A stretch of DNA of 64,000 nt from Camelus dromedarius (taxonomy: Eukaryota), in the NCBI RefSeq assembly GCF_036321535.1, contig NC_087447.1, positions 35,528,001 through 35,592,000 of the forward strand. Direction: 5' to 3'. Each line of letters begins with the position of its first letter. Position 1 is the first letter of the stretch. The notes beneath the pieces are model-generated. The model ran no database searches and had not been told where the DNA came from. It saw nothing but the letters and a program-made list of their open reading frames with translations. Shown here piece after piece: positions 26,020 to 38,775 of this stretch. The translations under genes were made by a program, and so were the position numbers.

Positions 26020-27491
26020 TATTTTTTAACATTTTTTATTGATTTATAATCATTTTACAATGTTGTGTCGAATTCCAGTGTTCAGCACAATTTTTCAGTC
26101 ATTCATGGACATATACACACTCATTGTCACATTTTTTTCTCTTTGAGTTTTCATAACATTTTGTGTATATTTCCCTGTGCTATACAGTGTAATCTTGTTT
26201 ATCTATTCTACAATTTTGAAATCCCAGTCTATCCCTTCCCACCCTCCACCCCCCTGGCAACCACAAGTCTGTATTCTCTGTCTGTGAGTCTATTTCTGTC
26301 CTGTATTTACACTTTGTTTTTGTTTGTTTGTTTGTTTGTTTTTGTTTTTGTTTTTGTTTTTTAGATTCCACATATGAACGATCTCATATGGTATTTTTCT
26401 TTCTTTTTCTGGCTTACTTCACTTAGAATGACATTCTCCAGGAGCATCCATGTTGCTGCAAATGGCATTATGTTGTCGGTTTTTATGGCTGAGTAGTATT
26501 GCATTGTATAAATATACCACATCTTCTTTATCCAGTCACCTGTTGATGGACATTTAGGCTGTTTCCATGTTTTGGCTATTGTAAATCATGCTGCTATGAA
26601 CATTGGGGTGCAGGTGTCATCCTGAAGTAGATTTCCTTCTGGATACAAGCCCAGGAGTGGGATTCCTGGATCATGTGGTAAGTCTATTCCTAGTCTTTTG
26701 AGGAATCTCCACACTGTTTTCCATAGTGGCTGCACCAAACTGCATTCCCACCAGCAGTGTAGGAGGGTTCCCCTTTCTCTTCAGCCTCTCCAGCATTTGT
26801 CATTTGTGGATTTTTGAATGACGGCCATTCTGACTGGTGTGAGGTGATACCTCATTGTAGTTTTGATTTGCATTTCTCTGATAATTAGTGATATTGAGCA
26901 TTTTTCCATGTGCTTTTTGATCATTTGTATGTCTTCCTTGGAGAACTGCTTGTTTAGGTCTTCTGCCCATTTTTGGATTGTGTTGTTTATTTTTTTCTTG
27001 TTGAGTCGTATGAGCTGCTTATATATTCTGGAGATCAAGCCTTTGTCGGTTTCACTTGCAAAAATTTTCTCCCATTCCGTAGGTTTTCTTCTTGTTTTAC
27101 TTCTGGTTTCCTTTGCTGTGCAGAAGCTTGTAAGTTTCATTAGGTCCCATTTGTTTATTCTTGCTTTTATTTCTTCTAGGAGAAAAATTTTGAAATGTGT
27201 GTCAGATAATGTTTTGCCTATGTTTTCCTCTAGGAGGTTTATTGTATCTTGTCTTATGTTTAAGTCTTTAATCCATTTTGAGTTGATTTTTGTATATGGT
27301 GTAAGGGAGTGTTCTAGCTTCATTGTTTTACGTGCTGCTGTCCAGTTTTCCCAACACCATTTGCTGAAGAGACTGTCTTTATTCCATTGTATATTCTTGC
27401 CTCCTTTGTCGAAGATGAGTTGACCAAAAGTTTGTGGGTTCATTTCTGGGCTCTCTATTCTGTTCCATTGGTCTATATGTCTGTTTTGGTA
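26020..27491 (-). mobile_element. Young 5'-truncated L1 (ORF2 C-terminal region plus 3' UTR) nested in an older L1M
   Basis: ORF 26781-27443 is L1 ORF2p ([39 protein letters not shown]). The frame continues past two TGA stops to TAA at 26361-26363, followed by 3' UTR and A-tail to about 26020. Confidence 0.95.
26361..27490 (-). pseudogene. L1 ORF2p C-terminal remnant with disrupted CCHC knuckle
   Basis: Reads [18 protein letters not shown], where canonical ORF2p has CWRGCGE..LLHCWW.C. A second in-frame TGA lies in PMFIAA*FTIAKTWKQPKCP. Confidence 0.9.
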
Positions 27492-28610
27492 ATGAAAATT
27501 TTAACGAACATTTATTAATGAACATTTGGGTTGTTTCCAGTTTGAAGACTGTGAATAAAGCTGCTATGTACATTTGTATACATGCCTTTTGGTGAACATA
27601 TACATTTATTTCTCTTGGGTACATAACTAAGAGTAGGATTTCTAGGTCATATGTTTAACATTAGTAAATTCTGCTCAACAGTATAACAGAGTAGTTGTAC
27701 CAATTTTTACTCCCACTGGCAACACATGAGAATTTTAATTGAGCCAAATCCTTGCCAGGTATTTTCAGTCTTACTGATTTAGGCTATTCTGCTGAATGTG
27801 TAGTGTGGAATCTCTCTCTGATTTTAATTTGCATTTCTCTGATAACCAGTGATTTGGAGCATGTTTTCATATGCTTATAGGCCAGTTGGGCCAGTTCTTT
27901 TGTCCAGTGCAAAGATTTTGCCCATTGTTTTAAAGTAGGTTTTGCCTGTTTCTCTTAATGATTTGTAGGAATCCTTTATCTTATGGATTCAAGTCCTTTG
28001 TTGGATTTATGAATTGTGAACATCTCCTAGGCAGTGGCTTATTCTTTTGGTCTCTTAATGATATCTTTTGGTAAATAGATATTCTTAAGTTTAATGAAGT
28101 CCAATTTATCAATCTTTAATGGTTTGAAGTATTTGTGCTCTACATTTTGCCTGTCTCAAAGTCATGAAAATATTCTCCTATGTTTTCTTCTTGAAGCTTT
28201 ATTATTCAGCTTTTTATGTTTAAGTCTAAAATCCATCTCAAATTAGTTTTAAAAAATTGCTCCAGAGTCATTAATTGAAAAGTTCATCCTTTCCCCTTTG
28301 CATTTTGGGAGCTCCTTTGTTGTAAGTCAAGAGACTGTATTATATGTGTGAATCTGTTTTTGGACTCTCTCTTTTCTTTCATTAGTTTATTTTTTATTTA
28401 TATGCTAGTTAAGTGTCACACTGTCTTGAGTAGTGTAGCTTCATAATAAATCCTGTTATCTGGTATTGTGAGCCCTCCAACTTCCTCTTTTTTGGGGGGG
28501 GCTTTCTAATCTCTGTCTAATTTTAATTATTATGAATGAAGGTGGTGCATCTTTTCGTATATTCAAGGGATATTTGTAATTTCTTCTTTATGAAGATTTT
28601 TTCCCATACC

Positions 28611-29102
28611 TGTACTAATTTTTTACTGCTACTATAGCAAATTACCACAAAATCAGCAGCTTAAAAGAACACAAATATGTCATCTTAGAGTTTGAGGGCA
28701 GAAGTCTGAAATGAGTCTCACTGGACTAAAATCAAGATGTGAGCAGGTGGCATTCCGTTCTGGAGGCCAAAGGGAAATTTTGTTTTCTTGCCTTTTCCAG
28801 CTTTTAGGGGCTGCCTGCATTCTTTGACTTGTCCTCTTACGTATTTAAACCCGTCAAGACTTGGGGAGCCTCTCACATCACATCATTCTGATCCTGACTC
28901 CTCTGCCTCTCTCTTCCACATTTAAGAAGCTTTGTGATTACATGGGCCCACACAGATAATCCAGCATGATCTCCCTATTTTAAGGTCAGCTAACCAGCAA
29001 ATTTAATATCATCTGCTCTCTCAGTTCTCCATTGCCAGGTAACATCACATTTACAGGTTCCAAAAACTAGGGCTTTGAGAGGCCATTGTTCTGTCTAGCA
29101 CA
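28611..29102 (-). mobile_element. MLT1-type LTR
   Basis: tgtactaattt...caaattaccacaaaatcagcagcttaaaa...cagaagtctgaaatgagtctcactggactaaaatcaag...ctgtctagcaca. Confidence 0.8.
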
Positions 29103-32100
29103 GTATCCTTGGTCCTTTTATGCAATTGGATTGTTGATATTTTTCTAATAAATTTCTAGGAGCTCTTTACGTATTGGAGAGATCAGACCTTTGTCTGTGA
29201 TTTGAATTGCAAATGTATTTTCCCAGATTTTTGCCTTTTGTTTTTACTTTTGATGTTTCTGTTTTGTCCTGTTCTTAACCATGCAACTTTTCCTTTCACT
29301 ATAGATGAAATTTATCAGCCTTTTCCTGGATGGCTTCAGGATTTTGAGTTAGAGAATCCCTCCCCACTCCAGGGTGTATTTTACTCCAGTACTCTATGGT
29401 TTTATATTTTACATGTAAATCTTTGATCCATTTGGAATTTATCCTGATATGCAATGTCAGGTGTGGATTCAAATTCATTACTTCTCCAGATGGCTACTCA
29501 ATTGTCTCAACGCTATTTATTGAATTCCCTCTTTGTGGCTGCCTTCCTGGGTCCTGTCACTACCAGAGTAGCCTTAAGGCATAGAGAAGCAGTGACTTAA
29601 CTGAAAATTGCCCAGCTAGTCAGTGGCAGAGCTGGAGCTAGAACAGGGGTCCAGTTCATGTTGCTCAGACAGGAGCTTGTGGCTGGTTCTCAAAGAGCTT
29701 TCCCAAGTGGTTGTGATCTCCAGGGCTGTTTACCAAGCAGAGGGGGACTGGTGAGGCGGAGCAGCCTCTTTTGCATAGTTTCCTTGTTTCTGATGCTCTG
29801 TCCCAGGTTCTGATTCGCTCAGTTCTGGAACTGGTGTACTCATCACTATCACACCTGCCATTTGAGGCACCATGATTTCCTCTCTGCCAGGCCAGAAAGG
29901 TAATAAGATCTTTTGCATTCGGGAGGGATGTTTCACAATTAATACACAGATGTTTTTACAGACCATTGGTTATCATTTCTATTGAGTCATTTTTTTTCAA
30001 GGTGTCACCTCATATCACAAGGTCTGCCTTTCTAGCTCTCAGTAAAAGTGAATTTCCCCCCCCCACTATTACTCCTAAAGAAGCAATGTTTGTATCACTC
30101 CATGGTGGTCATTCCACATGAGACCACAGGTGAGGGTGCTGGGCTGTCAAGGAGGCTCACATACTTGCTAAATTATTCACTCTGTCATCTCAGTCTTTTT
30201 GGGTACAAGACTGACCACCATGTTTTGCCACAATGCTCTGGTCCTTTCAGAGTTGCTTACACTAGCAAAAAGCGTAACTGTGACCCACTACACTTGTTTA
30301 TAGATACTCAAAAGGCTGGGGCCCTGCAAAGGTCAGTCTAACTAAAGTGAACTCCAGGTGAAAAATACAGAGTAAGACAGATACAGCCTTCTGCAGTGGA
30401 AAGGCAGAGCTCTGATCCTAGCTCCATCTGCTGCTAACTCTCTGTGTGACCCTGGGCAGGTACTCTCCCTCTCTGGGGCTCAGGATCCTCATCTGGGAAA
30501 TATTTCTAAAGCCCGCTTCACCTCTCAAGTCTGTCCTCATGGTCACAAACTGTGTCGTACTTCTTAATAGACCCACACCATCTACACTTGCCCTGCATGC
30601 ATTAGGTGCTTCGTATATTTGTTAAATGCCAAGTGAATGTTGCATACAGTGTTTTCCCCATCCCCTCCCTTCAGCTTGCTAGTGGCTGATAGTGTGCCCT
30701 GTAGCATTCTGGGTGCTGCAGAGGAATACAGCACTGGTCTTACCTTACGGAGCTCACATTTAATGGGAAAGAGAGCTATGAATTAAGCTTAGCACATGAT
30801 ACATACTTAATAAATACTGAATGAGCAAATGAATGAGTACAAAGCAGAGAGTGACAAGAATTAGAAGAGAAGTGAAGAGGAAAGTAGGATTAACTTTGGA
30901 ACCCCTCACGGCAGAGGGTGTTTCTGAGTGGAGGAGGGATAAAGAGCGTTCTGTGCTGAGACTCTAACACCAGCAAAGGGGAGGAAGGCTTTAAAGTGTG
31001 AGCAGGTGGTCAGCCAGCAAGACATTGGAGAGCCTCTGGTGGTCCTGTCCTAGGGGCATGGACTTTACTGTATAGACAGTGTGGCAGCATTAAGGGTTAT
31101 TTAGGAAAACACTCATAAGTTGATAATTGCAGCAGAAGATAAAAGGCACTTTTTTTTTTAAAGATAATGTTTTTTTTTATATAGAATCAAAGAGAACTGA
31201 CAGTAGTGGGTACCTACTAAGTGCTGGCACCGCTTTGAGCATTTTGTCTGTATCATTTCAGTTAGTCATCACCATGCAAGCTAGAAAGTAGACAAGTAAG
31301 ACTTCTCCCTGTTTTCCAGATGGGAAAATGGAGACTCAAAGAGGTAAAGCCCTGGATTCAGACTGACATCTGCTGACTCTGAGGTCTGCACTTCCCCCTC
31401 ATCTGCTGCCTCCTACAGAGATCAGGCTTTGGCTTAGTTAGAGTATAAAGCAGCACTTTAGAAGACAGGAAAAAGCAGCAGCAGAGCTGGTATTGGTAGT
31501 ACTTGTCTGGAGGGGCAGAGGCCAGCCTGTATCCTGGTCTCCCCTTAGACCATAGTACCCAGGGGACCATGTGTGGCGTGGGGCAACTTTGACAATGGCC
31601 AAGGAGTCAGGCCCTTGAGCCTACTCTGTCTTCCCTTAGGTAGTAGCAAGCTTCCTGAATCTGGGTGACACCGTGGTATCTCCCTGTGAATGCCCAGACT
31701 CACAGTGTCACCCCTTAGCACCCACAGGCCTTGTACCAGTCCCCCTAAATACCACCTACCCAATGGCTGCTGTCCCTTCTGCCTCTCACCTCTGTGGAAT
31801 CCGCTCTTCCTCTTGGGTGCACCTAAGCCCTTAAATGCAGAACAGCTATGACCATTCATTCCAAAGTGCTCTCTCTGGGCAGGGCTTCAGCAACATTCTG
31901 TTCACCCATTTGATCATTCATAGATTTATTCGTTCAGTACGAAGATAATACCACATAGTGGGGAAGAGTTCTGGACCAAGGGACCTGAATACAAGACTTG
32001 TTGCTGTCACCTTGGTCAGGCCACTTTCCTTCTCTGGGCCTCCTTTTTTTTAATGGATAAAATGAGAGAATTGTATAAGATAATCTTCAAGGTCTCTTCC

Positions 32101-33443
32101 AGCTCTGACACTTTCTGAGACTGTGTTTTGTTCATAAAATTCATAAACTCACACCTTCACTGAACATAGGGTTAGGGCATACTTCTAAGACATGATGTTC
32201 GAGGGAGGTCTTAAAGGATGAGCAGGAGAAAGAGAGAGGCATTCCAGGGGTCAACATGAACAAAAGCATGCAGAAGGCATGGCAAATTTGAGGAAAAGAG
32301 GGGAGCTGGAGGGGACCAGAGCAGTGGGAGACAAGGCTGCAGGGATGTCTGTGGCCAGGCCATGAAGGCTAAGGAACTGGGACTTCATCCTTTGTGGTAA
32401 CAGGGAGCAGGAAAGGTCTTACAGCAGAGGAATGACTTGAGCTTACCTGTTTTCAGAAGCAAACAGTTGTTCAGCAGAGGAATCTGGAAGGAATGGCAGT
32501 GGGTCTGATCTTGTGGCTTTGTAAGTTATTAATTGGGTATGTTTGTGGTTTTCAGCTTGAGGCAAGGAAGATGCTGCTGACCTTTTGGCCTCAAAACACT
32601 GGATTGTTACGACTGGGCACTGTGGCTCCAGAATCCCCATCAGACTCCTTGGCCCGGACTCTGCCCATCCTAGTTGTAACTCCAGGTCCAGCCCAAGGCC
32701 AGTTCTTCCCTCTTCCCATGGCAGCCCAGAGGCTGACTTAGTCAGGAAGCTGCACAGTGTAGCCCCAGCTTGGCACACATGCAAATGCCAGTAGCCTCTT
32801 CTGTGTGCTCACTGTTTCCCAGTGCACAAGGCACCTCCACTCATCCATCTCCTTTCATTCTTGCAGTCACTCTGAAGTTCCCAGGACAAGTTCAATCCCT
32901 ATTCTACAAATGAGGAAACAGAATCTCAGAAAAGTTGCACAATTTGCCCGCAAGCAGCGTAACACAGTGTGAGGAGCTGAGGTCTTGGAGTTAGGGAGCC
33001 ATGGGTTTCAGTTCCAGCTCTGCTGCTCAGTGTCTGTGTGACTGTGGGCAAGGTTGCTACCCTCTGTGAACTATGAGTTTCTCATCTCTAAAGACTGAAG
33101 TAATAGTAACTTCTGTCACTGCTCATCACTGGGTGAGTTCTATGGTTTATGGGAAAGCTCCCGGCACAGAGTAGGTGCTCAGGATGGCTGTTTCTGACTC
33201 ACTTCAGCACCCTTTCTGTGTTTTGCCTTCTTTCCCATATGGCCATGTTTGTCATCTCTCTTGCTCCTCTATTCTGAAGTCAATGCCACAGATGTATATT
33301 AATGAAAAAAGCCTTCTTGTGTATCCAGCACGAAGCTCAGCCCTGTGGATGGGGTGAATGGACAGAGGAAATGGCTCTTGCCCTCACTTTTCTTGTTCCT
33401 GGTTGGTGTCAGGGGGAGGACCAGAGAGGGTCTAGTCCTCACT

Positions 33444-33895
33444 TTTTTTTTCCTTTTAAAAAATAAATTTATTAAAGTATAGTCAGTTACAATGTGTCAA
33501 TTTCTGGTGTATAGTATGTTTTAGTCATACATTTACATACGTATATTCATTTTCATATTCTTTTTCATTATAGGTTACTACAAGATATTGAATATAGTCC
33601 CCTGTGCTATTTAGAAGAAATTTGGTTTTTTTAATCTATTTTATATATAGTAGTTAATGTTTGCAATTCTCAAACTCCTAATTTATCCGTTCCTATCTCC
33701 TTTCCCCCTAGTAACCATAGGTTTGTTCACTGTGCCTATGAATCTGTTTATGTTTTGTAGGTAAGTTCATTAGTGTCTGCTTTTTTCTTCTTTTTTAATT
33801 GAAATATAGTCAGTTTACAATGTTGTGTCAATTTCCAGCGTACAGCATAATGTTTCAGTTATATATATGTGTGTGTGTATGTATGTATGTGTATA

Positions 33896-33944
<49 letters not shown>

Positions 33945-34641
33945 TCCTTTTAATGTTCTTTTTCATTATAGGTTACTACAAGCTTTGAATATAGGTCCCT
34001 GTGCTATACAGTAGGACCTGTTGTTTATCTATTCTGTATATAGTAATTTGTATCTGCTAATCCCAAACTCCTAATTTATCCCTCCCCACCTTTCCCCCTT
34101 TGGTAACCATAAGTTTGTTTTCTATGTCTGTAACTCCACTTCTATTTTGTAAATAAGTTCATTTGTGTCTTTTTTTTTTTGATTCCACATATAAATGATA
34201 TATGATATTTTCCTTTCTCTTTCTGGCTTCACTTAGAATGATGATCTCCAGATCCATCCATGTAGCTGCAAATGGCATTATTTTATTCCTTTTTTATGAC
34301 TTAGTAATATTCTATTGTATAAATACACCACATCTTCTTTATCCAGTCATTTGTCAGTGGACATTTAGGTTGTTTCCATGTCTTGGCTATTGTAAGTAGT
34401 GCTACTGTGAACATTGGGGTACATGTATCTTTTTGCAGTAGAGTTCCCTCCGGATATATACCCACAAGTGGGATTGCTGGATCATATGGTAAATCTATTT
34501 TTAGTTTTTTGAGGAATCTCCATACTGTTTTCCATAATGGCTGCTCCAAATACATTCCCACCAACAGTGTAGGAGGCTTCCCTTTTCTCCACATGCTTCT
34601 CAGCATTTATCATTTGTGGACTTTTTATTGATGGCCATTCT
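33444..34641 (-). mobile_element. 5'-truncated L1 (ORF2 end) with two tandem 3' UTR copies
   Basis: ORF 34301-34606 = L1 ORF2 C-terminus ([25 protein letters not shown]...KTWKQPKCP). UTR copies at about 33800-34170 and 33470-33780. TSD GTCTAGTC(C/T)TCACT at 33430-33443 / 34642-34655. Confidence 0.88.
33860..33942 (+). repeat. Compound (TA)/(TG) microsatellite inside an L1 3' UTR
   Basis: tatatatgtgtgtgtgtatgtatgtatgtgtatatgtatatg followed by about 20 TG units. Confidence 0.9.
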
Positions 34642-34974
34642 GTCTAGTCTTCACTCTTTAAAAAGAGCTAAGGTGATCTGACCATCAAGTGTGGTGTGAA
34701 TCATCACTTCTTCCACCACAGGGAACTTAACTATGTGGTGTGCACCAGGCTAAGCTCTTACACACAATCTCACTATCTCACTAGGCTCTTGTGTGCACTC
34801 TTACATACACTATGGATGTATGTATCATAGACACACTGTAACACATATCCCTGTTTTACAGATGAGAAAAATGAGGCTCAAGAAAAGTTAAACATCTTGT
34901 CTTAAGATCTTACGACTAATGTTTGATGGGATTGGTTATTTGAACTAGATTATCTGACTCTAGAGCATGCCCTT

Positions 34975-36560
34975 TTTTTATTAGGTTATTTTGTGTTTAC
35001 TACAGAATAGTATATGCATGTATTTAAAAAGCAAAAAAAAAAAAAAACTAACTAAAAGGCTTAATAATAATGGCAGTTTCTGTCTTGCCTTTTCCCACCT
35101 CCTGGTCCCATTCCCAGAGCCAACCATTTTGAATTATTTTCAGGTATCTACCTCTGTATTTCTAAATTAATACTCATTTAAGATATCAATTTTAAATAAA
35201 ATAACTTTTATCTATTGATTTCTTAATACAAAGAAAAATTAATCATCTTCCACTGCCATCTCTGTTTCTTTTCCTGTCATCCTCCCAACTATGGTTAGAT
35301 CATTAGTCCATTAGATGACCAATTTAAATGCTGTTCTCAGTGTTGAGCCAAGTAATGTATCATAATATGGCTCCTGTGCTGTACTTTTTCTTTTCCTGGA
35401 GTTAGCATTGCCTGTTTTTAAGTCTTCCTTTAACTATCTATATACTAATCACCGATTCTTCCCAGATACCCCCAAAACGTCTGTACACTTCATGATACTC
35501 TTTTTGACATGATCAGATACATCAACTCTGTTAGCAGTCTCCGCACCCCCTCTCGCTGCACTGGACTCCAGAGCTCTGCCCTCCTGCTCCAGTCTGAATG
35601 GTTACTCCCCGCCTGCACAGCTGTCACCCCGCGATTTCTCTCTGCATTCTCCTGTGTACAGTCCCTGTTTCACCTGCTCCCTGTCTTCTTCCCTCTTTAA
35701 ATTAGCATCTCATTTTGGTGGAGCATGTATTCCAGTAGCTTCCTGAGAAAGAATAGTTGGAGATGAATTTTTTGATTTCTTGAAGTTCTGAAAATATATT
35801 TGCTCTGCTTTCAAACTTAATTGATGGTTTAGCTGTGTGTAGGATTCTAGGCTGGAAATTCTTTTTCTTCTAATTTTTAAAGGAAAAAAATCCATGTTTC
35901 CATTGTCTTCTAGATTCTCACGTTACTATTGAGAAGTCTGCTGTTTTGTTTTGTTTTTTTCCCTAATTCCAGTTCCTTTGAATGTGACTAGGTTTTGTGT
36001 TGTTGGTGGTTTCTTCTTTGAAACTTTTAGGAGCTTCTCCTTATCTTCAGTGTGTTTTGAAATGTTATGATGATGTGCCTTGGTGTGGATCATCTTTTAG
36101 TCGTTGTCCTGTAGTTATTGAGCCCTCAGACTGGAGGCATATGCCCTTCAGTGCTGGGAAATGTTTCTTGCAATGATTCTTTGGTAACTTTTTCCTTATT
36201 ATTATTATTTTTTTCTGTTCTCACTTTCTGGGACTTCTGTCAGATATATATTGAATCTCCTGGGCTTTTCTTCTAATATCCTTAGCTTTTCTTTCCTCTT
36301 GGGCATGTTTTTACTATTTTTAATCACTTTTTGGGAGACTTCCTTGACTTCACCTTCTGACCTTTCTAATAGAATTTTTATTTTGGCTATCATTTATCAT
36401 TTCCAAGGGCTCTCTGTTATTCTTTAATCCTTTAAAAAATAATTTCCTATCTTGTTCATATTGCTTTATCATCTGTACTTCTCCATGGATATTGTATAGA
36501 CTTTTAAAAAATGTTCTCTTTTGCTCTCTGACTTGTTTCTATCTCTTCTACTTTTTTTCT
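34975..36560 (-). mobile_element. HAL1-like (half-L1) or old L1 ORF1 remnant
   Basis: The - strand encodes ORF1p-like RRFNIYLTEVPESE (about 36210-36260) and KNFQPRILHTAKPSIKFESRANIFSELQEIKKF (about 35765-35865), followed within about 700 bp by an L1ME-type 3' end with no ORF2. Confidence 0.7.
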
Positions 36561-37756
36561 TTTCTATTTCATCATTTTGGATTCTTTCTTACATATTGGA
36601 GCCTGTGCTGGATGTTTTTCACTTGCCTTCCAGATGTACTCTCCACTCTTCTCCACCCTCTAAGAAAAGTGTCCCCTTCAGCAGGCACTGGGCCACAGCC
36701 TCCTCCACTCTGTGAAGTCAGTTACTTCCTCCATCTGTTCTTCATCTGAAATGTGCTGAGCTGTCTTGGCTGCTGTTGTCTCCTCTTCCATTCTCCTTTT
36801 CATGGTGGATTTATATGTTCTGTACTTCTTTCCGGCCAGTTTCATGGGACTTTGGAAGGAAGTAGAGATAAAGGCCTGGGCTCAATCTGCCCTTATTAGT
36901 CGGAAGTTCCTAGCTGGCTTTTGTAGCCCACAGCTGCAAAGGGTACAGGACATGGTCCCAAAGTGGCCCTAAGACTGCAAGGCAGACTGGGAGCTGACAG
37001 AAGGTAAGCCATCCACAGCTGAAACCCTGCACCATGGCCTTTGTGTTGGCCTTTGTGATTTGTGAGTCTGTTCATTTTATTCAGGCAGCACCTCTTAGAT
37101 AAATTCTGCATTTGAAGAGAATTTACTATGATCAATTGGGAACTGACTTTCAAAATTTTTCAGCAAATGGCATTAGAGAGCAAGAAGGCAAAAAGAAAAA
37201 AGTAAAATGATAGGGACTTTTGGACAGATGCTCTTTAAAAATTTAATTTTGCCAAATGAAGTGGTTAGCCGAAGGTTTATGGGCTTCTACTGTGGAAGGG
37301 GACTGCCTTTTGGGGAAGGGGAGCAAAATTTTAGCTGATCTAATGTAAGAAGAGGCCTAGGGTCCTAAAAGCATAGACTTTGAAGGTGGAGGGGACTTCA
37401 GAAATGACCTAATCCCCACAGAAGAGGACATGAAGGCCTAAGTGAGGAAATGATCTGCTCAGTCACACAGCAAGTCAGAGTTTGAACCCAGGTTGACAGC
37501 CCCCAAATCTTAACTCTAGCTAGCACCACCACACCTCTTTGGAGACAGAGCATCACAACTTCTGAAGTGACTCCAAGGCCCGCATCCTTGTCATGCTGAC
37601 CTGGCAGCCATGGCATCAGGAGCCCTTGATGTGGCTCACTTCTGGGTAGTCTCTGCTGCTCCGCCTCACTAGAGATCCCGTATCCCCCAGTTCCCTCTGC
37701 TGCATCACTTCACAGGTTTTCAGCAAGTGCAGCCCAGTAATATACAGAAATTAGAC

Positions 37757-38099
37757 TTTTTTTTTTAATTGAAGTGTAGTTGATACATAGTGTTGTATTA
37801 GTCTCTGGTGTCCAGCATAGTCATTCAGTTTTACACACACATACACACACACATATGTGTATATGTGTATATATATTCTTTTTCATTATAGGTTACTAAA
37901 AGATATTGAGTATAGTTCCCTGTGCTGTACAGTAGGACCTTGTTGTTTATCTGTTTTATATATAGTAGTTAGTATCTGCAAATCCCAAACGCCCAGTTTA
38001 TCCCTCCCCACCCCTTTCCCCTTCGTAACCGTAAGTTTTTCTGTATCTGTGAGTCTGTTTCTGTTTTGTAAATTAAGTTCATCTTGTCATTTTTTTTAG
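37757..38099 (-). mobile_element. L1 3' UTR-only insertion truncated at the ORF2 stop
   Basis: Poly(T), then UTR homologous to 33800-34170; 7-bp TSD ATTAGAC at 37750-37756 / 38100-38106. Confidence 0.85.
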
Positions 38100-38659
38100 A
38101 TTAGACCTGTTTCCTTTTATTTCTTAATTCTTGAGCCTCTCCCAGGGGTTGCTATATGAACTTAGTTGTAGTTTAAAAAAAAAAAAAAAGGTAAAGACTT
38201 CAATACCTCAGCTTTGGGGGGAAGGTAAGGGGAAATAAGGGCCTAGGAAGTCAACACAGGACATTATCAACTCTCAAATACTTGCTGACCATAATAACAG
38301 TGGTAGTTGACATTATCAGTCCGTTAGCATGGACCTTGTGCAGTTTTACACATTATTAATTTATTCTTTATACCAACCATTAAGTAGTACAGTTATTTTA
38401 CACGTCTCACAGATTGGGGGAACCAAGATAACTCACTCCGGGAGAAGAGAATTGTCCTGGGTGCTCTACAGTGTAAGGATCTGGGCATCCAAAAGTGGTG
38501 AATTCACAGTTAGTGATACTATCCCAAATTATTCAGCAGTAAATCAATAAGAGCTGCAAAAGGATCTCTTGTGGCTGCTAGAAGGCTCCAGCCTGAGCCT
38601 GTCCCCATGAAAGTGTAGAAGGAAAGTGTTTTCGCTTTATGTAACATCAGGGAACTGGG

Positions 38660-38775
38660 AGGGTTCGTATACCGAAAGGATGACAAAATCAGGATCTAAA
38701 CAAGGGTGGAAATGTGAGCTGAAGTCAGCAAAGTAACATTTAATTGGGCATAGATGTAAGAGTGGGCCTAATGGT
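38660..38775 (+). mobile_element. L3/CR1 fragment
   Basis: gatgacaaaatcaggatct...gagctgaagtcagcaaagtaacatttaattgggcatagatgtaag resembles the CR1 RT region. Confidence 0.45.

Larger units (their letters stand above)
24830..29525 (-). mobile_element. Nested cluster of old L1M elements hosting the young L1 and an MLT1
   Basis: L1ME-like 24830-25560 resuming at about 28520-29525; L1M 25560-26015 resuming at 27510-28490. Confidence 0.7.

Noticed and set aside
26781..27443. Longest ORF (220 aa) as a host gene
   Set aside because: It is a truncated L1 ORF2p fragment ending in a premature stop. The overlapping + strand 186-aa ORF is just its antisense.
36205..36393. Domesticated L1TD1-like gene
   Set aside because: The ORF1-like peptides are fragmented by frameshifts and stops, consistent with neutral decay.
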